Below, one piece after another: positions 43,524 to 52,396 of a stretch of DNA of 64,000 nt (within the stretch, counting starts at the first letter, position 1; every line of letters starts with the position of its first letter). The notes under the pieces were generated by a model. That model was not told the DNA's origin. It made no database searches and was given only the letters and a program-made list of their open reading frames with translations. A program made the translations under genes and the position numbers. The DNA is from Terriglobia bacterium (GTDB lineage Bacteria; Acidobacteriota; Terriglobia; Bryobacterales; Bryobacteraceae), in NCBI GenBank assembly GCA_963719785.1, contig CAVRCX010000007.1, forward strand, positions 243,414-307,413. Reading direction: 5' to 3'.

Positions 43524-44408
43524 ATGTTCATAAAACGCCTGCGATTGACACTCGAGATGATTCGCTTCGAGCACTCCGTGTTCGCGCTGCCGTTTGCGCT
43601 GACCGGGGCGCTGCTGGCGTTTCGGGAGAGCGGAAGATCGGTCGCACAGGGTGGCTGGACTTTGCTCTGGATCGTCGTGGCGATGGTCGGGGCACGCTCG
43701 GCGGCGATGGCATTTAACCGGCTCGTCGACGCCGAGATCGACTCGAGAAATCCACGTACGCGCGGCCGCCACATTCCCGCCGGCCTTTTATCGCGCGGTT
43801 TCGGTTGGGGATTTACCGTCGCATCGATCGCCCTGTTTCTCTTCGCAGCGTGGGAATTGAACACGCTCTGTTTCCGTCTGGCTCCACTGGCGCTGGCGGT
43901 GGTGCTGGCTTATTCGTTTACGAAACGCTTCACACATTTTTCGCACCTGGTGCTGGGGTTCGCGCTGGGAATCGCACCGGCGGCCGCGTGGATTGCCGTG
44001 CGTGGATCGCTCGATCCACGCATTTTGTGGCTGACCGCCGCAGTGACGTTTTGGACTGCCGGTTTCGACATCATCTATTCCTGCCAGGATTATGAGTTCG
44101 ATTGCGAAGCCGAATTATTCAGCATTCCGCGCGCCTGTGGGATCGGCAAGGCGCTGACCATCGCGCGGGTGTTGCATGTCTTGATGATTATTTCTTTGCT
44201 GATCCTCGTGAATCAGTTGCAACTCGGCGTCCTGGCGTTGGCGGGCGTCGCAGCCGTGGCGGCGCTGCTCATTTACGAGCACACCCTGGTGAGAGCCAGC
44301 GACCTGTCGCGCGTCAATGCCGCGTTTTTTACCATGAACGGCTGGGTCAGCGTGTTATTCTTCGTTTTCTGGGCCGCCGATATATACCTGCATCGTCAAC
44401 CCGTATGA
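43524..44408 (+). CDS. UbiA-family prenyltransferase (MqnP / 4-hydroxybenzoate polyprenyltransferase-like)
   Basis: Polytopic. NRLVDAEIDSRNPRTRGRHIP is the first Asp-rich UbiA motif and ...DIIYSCQDYEFDCEAELFSIP... is the second. Its stop overlaps the radical-SAM gene start. Confidence 0.8.
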   Translation: MFIKRLRLTLEMIRFEHSVFALPFALTGALLAFRESGRSVAQGGWTLLWIVVAMVGARSAAMAFNRLVDAEIDSRNPRTRGRHIPAGLLSRGFGWGFTVASIALFLFAAWELNTLCFRLAPLALAVVLAYSFTKRFTHFSHLVLGFALGIAPAAAWIAVRGSLDPRILWLTAAVTFWTAGFDIIYSCQDYEFDCEAELFSIPRACGIGKALTIARVLHVLMIISLLILVNQLQLGVLALAGVAAVAALLIYEHTLVRASDLSRVNAAFFTMNGWVSVLFFVFWAADIYLHRQPV

Positions 44409-45529
44409 GTTCACCCGCGCAGTTCGAAGACCGGCGATTGTGGCCTATCCGCGAGAAGGTGGAGGCGGGCGAGCGTTTGTCGTATGACGACGGGCTGTCG
44501 TTGTATCGCTCGAACGATCTGCTGGCGCTGGGTTACATGGCCAATATGGTGCGCGAGCGCATGCACGGCGATGTGACGTACTTCAACGTCAACCGGCACA
44601 TTAATCCCACCGATGTCTGCGTGGCCAGCTGCCGGCTGTGCGCATTCGGTAAACAGAAGCGCGATCCGAATTCTTATACCATGACGCTCGATCAGGTGTG
44701 GGAAACGGCGGGCAAGGGCTGGAACGAGGCCATCACCGAGTTCCACATTGTGGGTGGTCTGCATCCGGAATTGAACCTTGAATGGTTCTGCCAGATGCTG
44801 AGTGGCCTGAAGGAGCGGTTTCCCGGGGTTCATCTGAAGGCTTTCACCATGGTGGAGATCGGGTATTTCGCGCGGCGTGAAAAGATGACGGTGCGCGACG
44901 TTCTCGTCCGGCTGCGGGATGCCGGGATGGATTCGCTGCCGGGTGGTGGCGCGGAAGTATTCTCCGAGCGTGTACGCCGGATCATCTGCGACCACAAACT
45001 TACAGGTGACGAGTGGCTGGAGACGGCCCGTACGGCGCATGAACTGGGTCTCAGTTCGAATTGCACGATGCTTTACGGCCACATCGAAAACGAAGAGGAT
45101 CGCACCGATCATCTGGTGAAGCTGCGTGCACTGCAGGACCAGACTCACGGCTTCGTAACATTTATCCCACTGGCGTTCCATCCGGATAATACGGCGCTGT
45201 CGCATATTCCGAAGACCACGGGGTTCGACGATCTGAAGAACATTGCCGTGGCCCGGTTGATGCTGGATAACGTGCCGCACATCAAAGCGTACTGGGTGAT
45301 GATGACCCCGAAGATCGCGCAGATTGCGCTGCGCTTTGGTGCCAACGATATCGACGGCACGGTGGTGGAAGAGAAGATTTACCACGACGCGGGATCGACG
45401 GTTACGCAATCGCTGCGGCGCGGCGAGTTGCTGCGGCTGATCAAACTGGCGGGGCGCACTCCGGTGGAACGCGATACGCTGTACCGGCCGGTGCAGCGCA
45501 CCGAGACGGCGTTTACCGTGCTGGTGTAG
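44405..45529 (+). CDS. Radical-SAM enzyme of the futalosine menaquinone pathway (MqnC or MqnE-like)
   Basis: The CxxxCxxC motif in NPTDVCVASCRLCAF, ...HIVGGLHPEL... and a C-terminal TIM-barrel extension. The true start is MSSPAQFED, inside the listed ORF 44102..45529. Confidence 0.8.
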   Translation: MSSPAQFEDRRLWPIREKVEAGERLSYDDGLSLYRSNDLLALGYMANMVRERMHGDVTYFNVNRHINPTDVCVASCRLCAFGKQKRDPNSYTMTLDQVWETAGKGWNEAITEFHIVGGLHPELNLEWFCQMLSGLKERFPGVHLKAFTMVEIGYFARREKMTVRDVLVRLRDAGMDSLPGGGAEVFSERVRRIICDHKLTGDEWLETARTAHELGLSSNCTMLYGHIENEEDRTDHLVKLRALQDQTHGFVTFIPLAFHPDNTALSHIPKTTGFDDLKNIAVARLMLDNVPHIKAYWVMMTPKIAQIALRFGANDIDGTVVEEKIYHDAGSTVTQSLRRGELLRLIKLAGRTPVERDTLYRPVQRTETAFTVLV

Positions 45530-45596
45530 CGCGGCCGTATAAAATCCGAAATCGCGTTCGCGTTTAGGGACGATCGTACAACTGAGCCGCGAATAC

Positions 45597-45953
45597 GTGT
45601 CCATAAGTTGGTATCCTGACGGCATGGGCTGTGGCTCCGGCGTTAACCCCAATCAGTTTGCTCCCGTTCCCGAAGGAGCGCATAAGGTATTTTGCGTCAA
45701 GTTCCAAAGGGACATGGAGGGCCTGCAGGAAGTTCCCTTCGAAGGCCACCCGCTGGGCCAGCGCATCTACGACAACGTTTCGAAGGAAGCGTGGAAGTTG
45801 TGGGTTGAGCACATGAAGATGTTGATGAACGAATACCGGCTCAATCTGGGAACGCAGGAATCGCAGGAATTTATCATCCAGCAGATGGAGCAATATTTCT
45901 TTGGCGAAGGCGCCGCTCTGCCGCCGGATTACGTGCCTCCGCGACAAAAATAG
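45597..45953 (+). CDS. yggX: Oxidative-damage protection / Fe(II)-trafficking protein YggX family
   Basis: KVFCVKFQRDMEGLQEVPFEGHPLGQRIYDNVSKEAWKLWVEHMKMLMNEYRLNL is collinear with E. coli YggX. The start may be the internal MGCGSG. Confidence 0.75.
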   Translation: MSISWYPDGMGCGSGVNPNQFAPVPEGAHKVFCVKFQRDMEGLQEVPFEGHPLGQRIYDNVSKEAWKLWVEHMKMLMNEYRLNLGTQESQEFIIQQMEQYFFGEGAALPPDYVPPRQK

Positions 45954-45965
45954 ACAAGCAATACT

Positions 45966-47573
45966 ATGGCAGATCGCAAAGCTTTGATCATCGGGGCTGG
46001 CCCCGCTGGGCTGACTGCTGCCTTCGAACTGGTAAAACGCACCTCCATCCAGCCCGTAGTGCTCGAGAAGAGCGATTCCATGGGGGGAATCTCCCGCACC
46101 GTCCGCTACAAAGACAACCGCATGGACATCGGCGGACACCGGTTCTTCTCGAAGTCCGACCGCGTGATGAACTGGTGGATGCAGGTAATGCCTGTCGAAG
46201 CCTCCGCCAACGGCAACGGCAACCACAACATCTCTTATCAGGGAAAGAACCGCGACGTGGCGGCGCCGGCGGAGGGTCCGAATCCGCAGCGCGACGATCG
46301 TGTGATGCTGATCCGCAATCGTAGGTCGCGGATTTATTTTCTGCGGCAGTTTTTCGACTATCCGATTCAGCTCAGCGCGCAGACGCTCAAGGGGCTCGGG
46401 TTGCTGCGCACCGCGAAGATAGGCGCCAGCTATGCGAAGACCATGGTGCGGCAGCAGAAGCCGGAAAAAACTCTGGAGCAATTTCTCATCAATCGCTTCG
46501 GCAAAGAGCTCTACCTCACGTTCTTCAAGTCGTATACCGAAAAGGTGTGGGGCGTGCCCTGCAACCAGATCAGCGCGGAATGGGGCGCGCAGCGGATCAA
46601 GGGGCTCTCCATCACTAAGGCCATCGGGCACTTTCTGAAGCAGCGTTTCGCGAAGAAACCCGCGTCGGGAAACTCGCCCGACATTTCGCAAAAGGGCACC
46701 GAGACTTCCCTCATCGAGAAATTCCTGTATCCCAAGCTGGGGCCCGGGCAGCTTTGGGAATACGTTGCCGAAGATGTGAAGGCCAAAGGCGGCGTGGTGA
46801 AGACCGGGTGGAACGTGGAGAAGCTCTATACGGACGGCTTCCACATAACTGCGGCCGAAGCGGTCAATGCGGCGACCGGCGAACGGGAAACCATCAAGGC
46901 GGATTATTTCTTTTCCACCATGCCGATCAAGGAACTGATGCGCTGCCTGCAGGCGCCGGTTCCCGCCAACGTGCTGCAGGTCAGCGACGGCCTGATCTAT
47001 CGCGATTTCATAACCGTCGGTGTGCTGTTGAAAAAACTGAAGATCAAGGAAGATTCGCCGCATGGATCGAAGCTTCTGGCGGATAACTGGATCTATATTC
47101 AGGAGCCGGACGTGGTAGTGGGGCGGATGCAGATTTTCAATAACTGGAGCCCGTACCTGGTGGGCAATCCGGAAAACGTCTGGATCGGCCTCGAGTACTT
47201 CTGTTACGAGACGGACGAGATCTGGAAGAAGCCCGACGCGGAAATGATCGAGTTCGCGAAGGATGAGATGGAGAAGATCGGCATCATCGAGCGGGCGGAC
47301 GTGCTGGATGCCTGCGTGATTCGCGTGCCCAAGACCTATCCGGCTTACTTCGGGGCGTATGAGCGGTTTGACGAGATCAAGGATTACGTGAGCCAGTTCG
47401 ATAACCTGTTTCTGGTGGGGCGTAACGGCATGCACAAGTACAACAACCAGGACCACTCGATGCTGACGGCGATGACGGCGGTCGACAACATTATTGAGGG
47501 CCGGGTCGATATGAGCAACATCTGGGCGCTGAACACCGAGATGGAGTACCACGAGAGCAAAGACGCGAAATAG
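45966..47573 (+). CDS. FAD/NAD(P)-binding oxidoreductase (amine-oxidase / UDP-galactopyranose-mutase-like superfamily)
   Basis: The N-terminal dinucleotide fold [18 protein letters not shown]...GGISRT...GGHRFF. 535 aa. Confidence 0.8.
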   Translation: MADRKALIIGAGPAGLTAAFELVKRTSIQPVVLEKSDSMGGISRTVRYKDNRMDIGGHRFFSKSDRVMNWWMQVMPVEASANGNGNHNISYQGKNRDVAAPAEGPNPQRDDRVMLIRNRRSRIYFLRQFFDYPIQLSAQTLKGLGLLRTAKIGASYAKTMVRQQKPEKTLEQFLINRFGKELYLTFFKSYTEKVWGVPCNQISAEWGAQRIKGLSITKAIGHFLKQRFAKKPASGNSPDISQKGTETSLIEKFLYPKLGPGQLWEYVAEDVKAKGGVVKTGWNVEKLYTDGFHITAAEAVNAATGERETIKADYFFSTMPIKELMRCLQAPVPANVLQVSDGLIYRDFITVGVLLKKLKIKEDSPHGSKLLADNWIYIQEPDVVVGRMQIFNNWSPYLVGNPENVWIGLEYFCYETDEIWKKPDAEMIEFAKDEMEKIGIIERADVLDACVIRVPKTYPAYFGAYERFDEIKDYVSQFDNLFLVGRNGMHKYNNQDHSMLTAMTAVDNIIEGRVDMSNIWALNTEMEYHESKDAK

Positions 47574-47600
47574 GCGAATTTGGTATGGTGGTAAAGGCCC

Positions 47601-47690
47601 GGTGAGGTGCGAGAGCGGTTGAATCGGGCGGTCTCGAAAACCGTTGAACCTTCACGGGTTCCGTGGGTTCGAATCCCACCCTCACCGCCA
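47601..47690 (+). tRNA. tRNA-Ser (anticodon CGA), CCA encoded
   Basis: GGTGAGG-TG-CGAGAGCGGTTGAATCG-GGCGGT-CTCGAAA-ACCGTT-GAACCTTCACGGGTTC (long variable arm)-CGTGGGTTCGAATCCCAC-CCTCACC-G-CCA. It folds as a class II cloverleaf. Confidence 0.9.
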
Positions 47691-47711
47691 GATTATCCCG
47701 TTTGTTTCCCA

Positions 47712-48482
47712 TTAGTTAAGCGCCTCTCGTTTTTTGTGTACCTCTGGCGTCCCCTTCGTTGACGCGAGAACAAGCCTGTCCTTCCCCCACGTTCGCATGA
47801 CATCGGCTTCCAGTTGCTCCTGCCGTGCCAGCACCCACGGGGCGTAATGTTTCTCCGTAATCTTGACCGAACTGTAACCCAGCAGCACCGAGACCCGTTC
47901 GAGGGGCACCCCGGCCAGCAGCAATTCCACCGCGAACGTATCGCGGAACCGGTGCGCGTGTCCGCGCTGCACCCCGGCAAGCCGGAACAGGCTGGCGAGA
48001 TACCGCATGTAGTCGCGCGCCGCGCCGTCCTTCTCCGAAGTGCCGGACCAGAAATAGTAATGTTCATTGTTGCGTTCGACGGCATCGAGCGCGGTGGTGA
48101 CGAATTCGGGCAGGGGGCAATAAACCGGCGTGCCGGTCTTCGCTGTGTAGAGAAACAGTTTGTTCCCCGTGACGCGATCACGCGAAAGGCAAACCGCGTC
48201 ACCGATCCGCAGACCGCTGTAACGCAGCAGCAGGACCAGCGCCCGGAGACGCCTGCCGTTCCACTGGCGCACGCGACCGTAGGAATCGGGGTACTGATCG
48301 CAGGCCGCAAGGATATTCGTTACCTCCTCCTGGCTGAACGGCATCGTGGGGGTAGGCTTCACTTTTGGATTCTTGATCTTTGTGGCCGGGTTATCTGCAA
48401 CCCACTTCGACTCGACGGCGAAGCGATAGAACGCCCGCAGCCGTTCCAGGAGAGATCGAGTAAATGACACAACCGCAAGCAT
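47712..48482 (-). CDS. Tyrosine site-specific recombinase (phage-type integrase) with an intact catalytic domain. The N-terminal arm and core-binding region are truncated.
   Basis: R...HxxR...Y catalytic residues (...RYSGLRIGDAVCLSRD..., ...GHAHRFRDTFA..., ...LGYSSVKITEKHY...). At only 256 aa it lacks the roughly 120 N-terminal residues. It begins 22 bp from the tRNA-Ser 3' end. Confidence 0.85.
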   Translation of the reverse strand: MLAVVSFTRSLLERLRAFYRFAVESKWVADNPATKIKNPKVKPTPTMPFSQEEVTNILAACDQYPDSYGRVRQWNGRRLRALVLLLRYSGLRIGDAVCLSRDRVTGNKLFLYTAKTGTPVYCPLPEFVTTALDAVERNNEHYYFWSGTSEKDGAARDYMRYLASLFRLAGVQRGHAHRFRDTFAVELLLAGVPLERVSVLLGYSSVKITEKHYAPWVLARQEQLEADVMRTWGKDRLVLASTKGTPEVHKKREALN

Positions 48483-48889
48483 CTATTAACACAACTATGT
48501 TCCTTAAGAATTCTCGGAAGGCAAGTGTCACGCTCGCTACGCTGCTCTTGGGCGGCGTCTCGACTGCCGCAGCAATGGACATTTGTTGGGCCGGGTATGA
48601 CCCGCCGCGAGATATGTTCTGTAAGACATCTGCTCACGTCCAGAGCGGCGCCGGTTCGGCAAATAGCGCGTGGCAAACAGTCGCAAACGATCCGCACCCC
48701 GGCTACCAACTCGTGACGGCTGCATTTTGGTTACAGGGGCCCCATCCTTGTCAGGGCACGGAATCGAGCCTGAAAGTCGGCGGAAAGGCGGTCGGGTCAG
48801 GCCGCTGGGCGGAGTGCGTCGAGGACAAACGCGACACCGAAAAGGTTTTCAGATCGGGAATATTAGCAGCGCTCCGCGTGTTCACGTAG
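48464..48889 (+). CDS. Hypothetical secreted Cys-containing protein (141 aa)
   Basis: A hydrophobic signal-like segment SVTLATLLLGGVSTAAAMD and 6 Cys. It lies within the island. Weak call. Confidence 0.35.
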   Translation: MTQPQASINTTMFLKNSRKASVTLATLLLGGVSTAAAMDICWAGYDPPRDMFCKTSAHVQSGAGSANSAWQTVANDPHPGYQLVTAAFWLQGPHPCQGTESSLKVGGKAVGSGRWAECVEDKRDTEKVFRSGILAALRVFT

Positions 48890-49192
48890 TGCGGTCAGAT
48901 CTGTGAAGGGGCATCGAGTTTGAAACATTCCCAGATCATCCCATTCGCGTGTATGACGCACAAGGCCGGAGCGACCGGCCTGGGTGCGGGTGATTAAAGC
49001 CGGAGCGCAGCATAAACGTTCGGCTTCGTAAGGCGCGGATTTCCGTGCGAGTTCATTATGCACCCGCCGGGAGTGGATTTGCCGTGTCAGTGTATAAATC
49101 CGATAGCTCCGCTGGGGCTCGGCGTCGGCGAGAGTGCCAGCCCCGAGATATGATTGCCAGTTAGCTACACAACCCACAACGGGAACCACTGA

Positions 49193-49543
49193 ATGACAGA
49201 AGGCTTCACCGGCATCATCGATCAACTGGAACGGCAGAAAGCAGCTATCGAACGGGCGCTCACAGCGCTGGGGGAGATTGGGGGAGGTGCTGCACCGATC
49301 AAGGCAACGACGGCCACACCGACCACGGCGGGAACACCGGGCCGAAAGAAACGCAGCCCTGCCGTCAGGAAGCGAATGCGGGAAGCTTCGCCCATGGCAA
49401 GCGGGCCGCATGGTACATGCAGTACCAAGGTGTCGGGGTGGGGCCGATTATTTGTCTCATTTCGGATAGCCTTGGGTTATGCACTGGTGGATACTTCTCA
49501 TCATCATTCCCTGCGGGCTGGCGGTCGCGTTCTGGGCGGCTGA
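49193..49543 (+). CDS. Hypothetical protein (116 aa). The N-terminal 35 aa are coiled-coil-like and the rest is low complexity.
   Basis: MTEGFTGIIDQLERQKAAIERALTALGEIGGG... The remainder is Pro/Thr/Arg-rich and may be non-coding. Weak call. Confidence 0.25.
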   Translation: MTEGFTGIIDQLERQKAAIERALTALGEIGGGAAPIKATTATPTTAGTPGRKKRSPAVRKRMREASPMASGPHGTCSTKVSGWGRLFVSFRIALGYALVDTSHHHSLRAGGRVLGG

Positions 49544-49703
49544 AATCCTGCTCGTACGGGGCTGGCACAACTTTGAATAGTCGGCACCGCACGGATGCCC
49601 CCTGAACCGCGTGCTCCGCTGCAAGGGGCGGCGATTGGCGCGTAGTTTTCCGGAAGAAACTCGGGCGCGGTCCTTCCGACACCGCGCCCTGAGAGGAGGA
49701 GCG

Positions 49704-49738
49704 GAGCTGGGAGAACTCAGATCCAGCTCTTCTTCTTA
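49704..49738 (+). terminator. Candidate intrinsic terminator (7-bp GC stem followed by a T-rich tract)
   Basis: GAGCTGG-gagaactcagat-CCAGCTC-TTCTTCTT, downstream of the island small ORFs. Confidence 0.35.
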
Positions 49739-50180
49739 GCGCATCGTCTGGACATAGCGAAATTCCACCCTGTTTCTGCTGCCGTACTGCGGGCCCGCCG
49801 CACTCGGATTGGATATAAGTACTGATAGCGAAGAAATCCGCATTACGCCGGTGGGCCGTCAAACGGGCGGCGGCGGTGAAGAAGACGGGGCGAAAACAGC
49901 GCGTGGGGAAGAAAGCGGCCTGAGCGGCTTGCCCGGAGGGTCACGGGTTGAACCCAGGGTTCCGCGCCTAAGTGATCGAGGCGTTTGCTTGTGCCCGGCC
50001 CTGTCGGCGCTGAATAGATCCGCCAGCGAGACATAGAGGGCGTCGCCAGTTTCACTTGTAGCTTTTCGGCGATGCGCTGCAAAAAGCTTGGTCACAATCG
50101 ACGCGACTGGCCTTATACTACGGGATGTCGGGAGGCCAAGACGCGAAATCCCGATCAAAACGTATACTGAGGAGACAATA

Positions 50181-50792
50181 GTGCCCCCATCGCTATCGCG
50201 CGTTCTGCTCCTGGTCTTCGCCTTCACACTCACTGCAACCGCTGTTTCGGCAGGGCCCATCGTCTACACGATGACGGCAACCGCGACCGGCACTCTGGGG
50301 ACGACAGCATTCACCGGCGCGGCAATCACCGTGACCTCAGTTGCCGATACCAGCGGAGCGTTCGTCGCCAGCGGTACCACTCCCGACCTGAACTGGGAAA
50401 ATATCGCGTCCAGCTCCACCATCACCATTGCTGGAATTGGCACGGAGACGTTTACCGACCAAACTTTCTGGGTGGACCCCAATGGCGCTGGCGACATAAT
50501 CTTCGGCGATGTCGACGGGGGCGCATTCTTCGGCGGAATCCTCGGGCTGACGCAACTTTTCGTGGGCTTGCAAACCTACAATCTGCAATCCGCCTTCGGC
50601 CCGGTATCGTCCCCCTTCGACTTCGAGACCGGTGCGTTCAACGCCTTCCAGAACATCAATACCAGCGGAGGCCTCCTGAGTCTGGTGGCAACCAACGACA
50701 CGTTTACCGCCACCACCCCGGAGCCCGCGTCTTTCTTGTTAGGGGGGTTGGGGTTGGTGGGCTTGCTGGCCCTCCGCCGCGCCTGTCAATGA
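50181..50792 (+). CDS. PEP-CTERM sorting-domain protein (exosortase substrate)
   Basis: Signal peptide VPPSLSRVLLLVFAFTLTATAVSAGP, with a GTG start and a GAGGAG Shine-Dalgarno. The C-terminal TPEPASFLLGGLGLVGLLALRR is a PEP motif followed by a transmembrane helix and basic tail. Confidence 0.75.
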   Translation: MPPSLSRVLLLVFAFTLTATAVSAGPIVYTMTATATGTLGTTAFTGAAITVTSVADTSGAFVASGTTPDLNWENIASSSTITIAGIGTETFTDQTFWVDPNGAGDIIFGDVDGGAFFGGILGLTQLFVGLQTYNLQSAFGPVSSPFDFETGAFNAFQNINTSGGLLSLVATNDTFTATTPEPASFLLGGLGLVGLLALRRACQ

Positions 50793-51398
50793 CCAACTGG
50801 GTCAACAAAATTTGTTCAATTTCCGGGTCCGGCGTTAGATGATTTCCCATGCCCGAGTCAAGGGGCTGGATCTTCTTGCTGGTCCGTTTGCGGGGCGGTT
50901 GCCGGTTTGCGTGATCCCGGCGCTTCCTGCGCCCAGGGGGCCACAACACCTTGGCACGGCTGCCAACGACCGCGAAAGATAGAGTACGAGGACCTCATCG
51001 CTTAATATTGCCGACCCAATCGTATCCAGGCACCTCCAGACCTTTACCAGGTCCGTGATTAGTGGAGCGAAACGACACTACCGGGTCTACAAGCGCGCCA
51101 CTAAAGCGTACGCGTTCCTTGATTTGGCGATAACTTACTTGGTCCACGTGCAGGTAGTACAATTCGTCCATGCCTGGGCCGAATCGGGCGGAACGGAGGA
51201 AAGCACTTCAGGAGGCGTATAGGCTGGCGCATACGGACCACATACCGCGTCCGCCATCGACACCAGGCGTCCCATCTTTACTGGCTCAGAGTGTTGTGCA
51301 AATCGACTCCGTTTACCCTATGTTTAGCGTTGAGAGACCCCAAACGGGAATGGGGGCAGTGCGGCCCGTAAGATCAGCGGGCTTCCCTCGATTTCCAT

Positions 51399-52385
51399 TT
51401 ACTCTCCCGGGTTCTCCAGTTTCACGGAAATCGGCGGCATCCCGACAATCTGATAGGTGCCAGAAGCAATTCCGATCCCCGCGCTCTTCAACCCGTTCAG
51501 AATTTCCCGGCTGAGTTTGTCTTTCAACTGGCGAATGTCATGGTCGCGCGTAATGAAGCGGACAGAAAGCTCCACCCAATTGTCCGTCAACCGAACGAAA
51601 ACCTGCGGCTCAAACTGGCTGCGGAGCACAAAATACCGGCGTTCCAGTTCCTTCAGCGCTTCATCCCCGATCTCGGCGAAGCGCAGGGTGTGCTTGCGAA
51701 CGGCGTCGAGGATGATCGTTTCGGCCCGCGCCATATCCGCCTCGTACGTGATCGGTATCAACATCTCCTCCCATATAAAAGGAAACTCGCGGGTGTAGTT
51801 GTAAACCGGCGTTTCAAAGATTTTGTCATTAGTGAGAGTGACCATGCGTCCGGTATATTGGCGTGCTCGTACCCACATCGCGGGATCGGCATTCTGCACC
51901 GCGGGAGGTTGACCCATCTCCATGATCGTTGTCTGAATAAATCCCAGTTCGATCACATCCCCCCGCACGCCGCCCATCACGATCCTGTCTCCCACGTTGA
52001 AAGTCTTGCCTCGCAGGATCACAAGATAGGCGGCCAGCGAAGTAATCACCCGTTGTAAGGCAAACGCGAGGCCGGCCGTTACCAGACCGAAAGCCGTAGC
52101 CAGCCTCGCCGGATCGTCAAACCAAATCGAGCAGAGGCCGACCAGGAGGAACGCGGCGCTGAATACATGCACCCCCTGCCGGGCCCAGAACGCAACACGC
52201 TGTGAACGCTGTTTGAGAATCACGCTTACCAGCGCGCCGAGTCCCCAGGCCACAAGCCAGACCAGTGCAATGAAGGCAATCGTGAACAGGAATATCCGGC
52301 CGTTCGCCCCGTTGACGCCCACCAGCTTGACGCCGAACAGTTGAACCGCGCCGTTCGGTCCCGTCAGTTGAACAATTCGACGCAT
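51399..52385 (-). CDS. Mechanosensitive ion channel (MscS family)
   Basis: Three transmembrane helices followed by ...GDRIVMGGVRGDVIELGFIQTTIMEMGQ..., the conserved MscS beta-domain. Confidence 0.85.
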   Translation of the reverse strand: MRRIVQLTGPNGAVQLFGVKLVGVNGANGRIFLFTIAFIALVWLVAWGLGALVSVILKQRSQRVAFWARQGVHVFSAAFLLVGLCSIWFDDPARLATAFGLVTAGLAFALQRVITSLAAYLVILRGKTFNVGDRIVMGGVRGDVIELGFIQTTIMEMGQPPAVQNADPAMWVRARQYTGRMVTLTNDKIFETPVYNYTREFPFIWEEMLIPITYEADMARAETIILDAVRKHTLRFAEIGDEALKELERRYFVLRSQFEPQVFVRLTDNWVELSVRFITRDHDIRQLKDKLSREILNGLKSAGIGIASGTYQIVGMPPISVKLENPGE

Positions 52386-52396
52386 GTTCTTCGGTC

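Larger units (their letters stand above)
47691..51390 (+). mobile_element. Small degraded tRNA-Ser-associated genomic island (integrase remnant plus cargo). The right boundary is uncertain.
   Basis: The integrase abuts the tRNA 3' end. The cargo ORFs lack homologs I recognise. An AT-richer, roughly 600-bp non-coding stretch at 50800..51400 precedes resumption of core genes (MscS, Mrp). No clear direct repeat of the tRNA 3' end was found. Confidence 0.4.

Noticed and set aside
42000-47552. Long minus-strand ORFs (42000..43217, 44411..45652, 45564..47552)
   Set aside because: Antisense to the glcD-like, mqnC/E-like and FAD-oxidoreductase genes, respectively. These are high-GC shadow ORFs.
51175-51200. 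The 11-mer GAATCGGGCGG shared with the tRNA-Ser body, considered as a possible attR
   Set aside because: The match lies in the D-loop and anticodon-stem part of the tRNA, not the 3' end that integrases normally duplicate. There is no flanking similarity and GC-rich 11-mers can recur by chance. I kept it only as a note inside the island finding.
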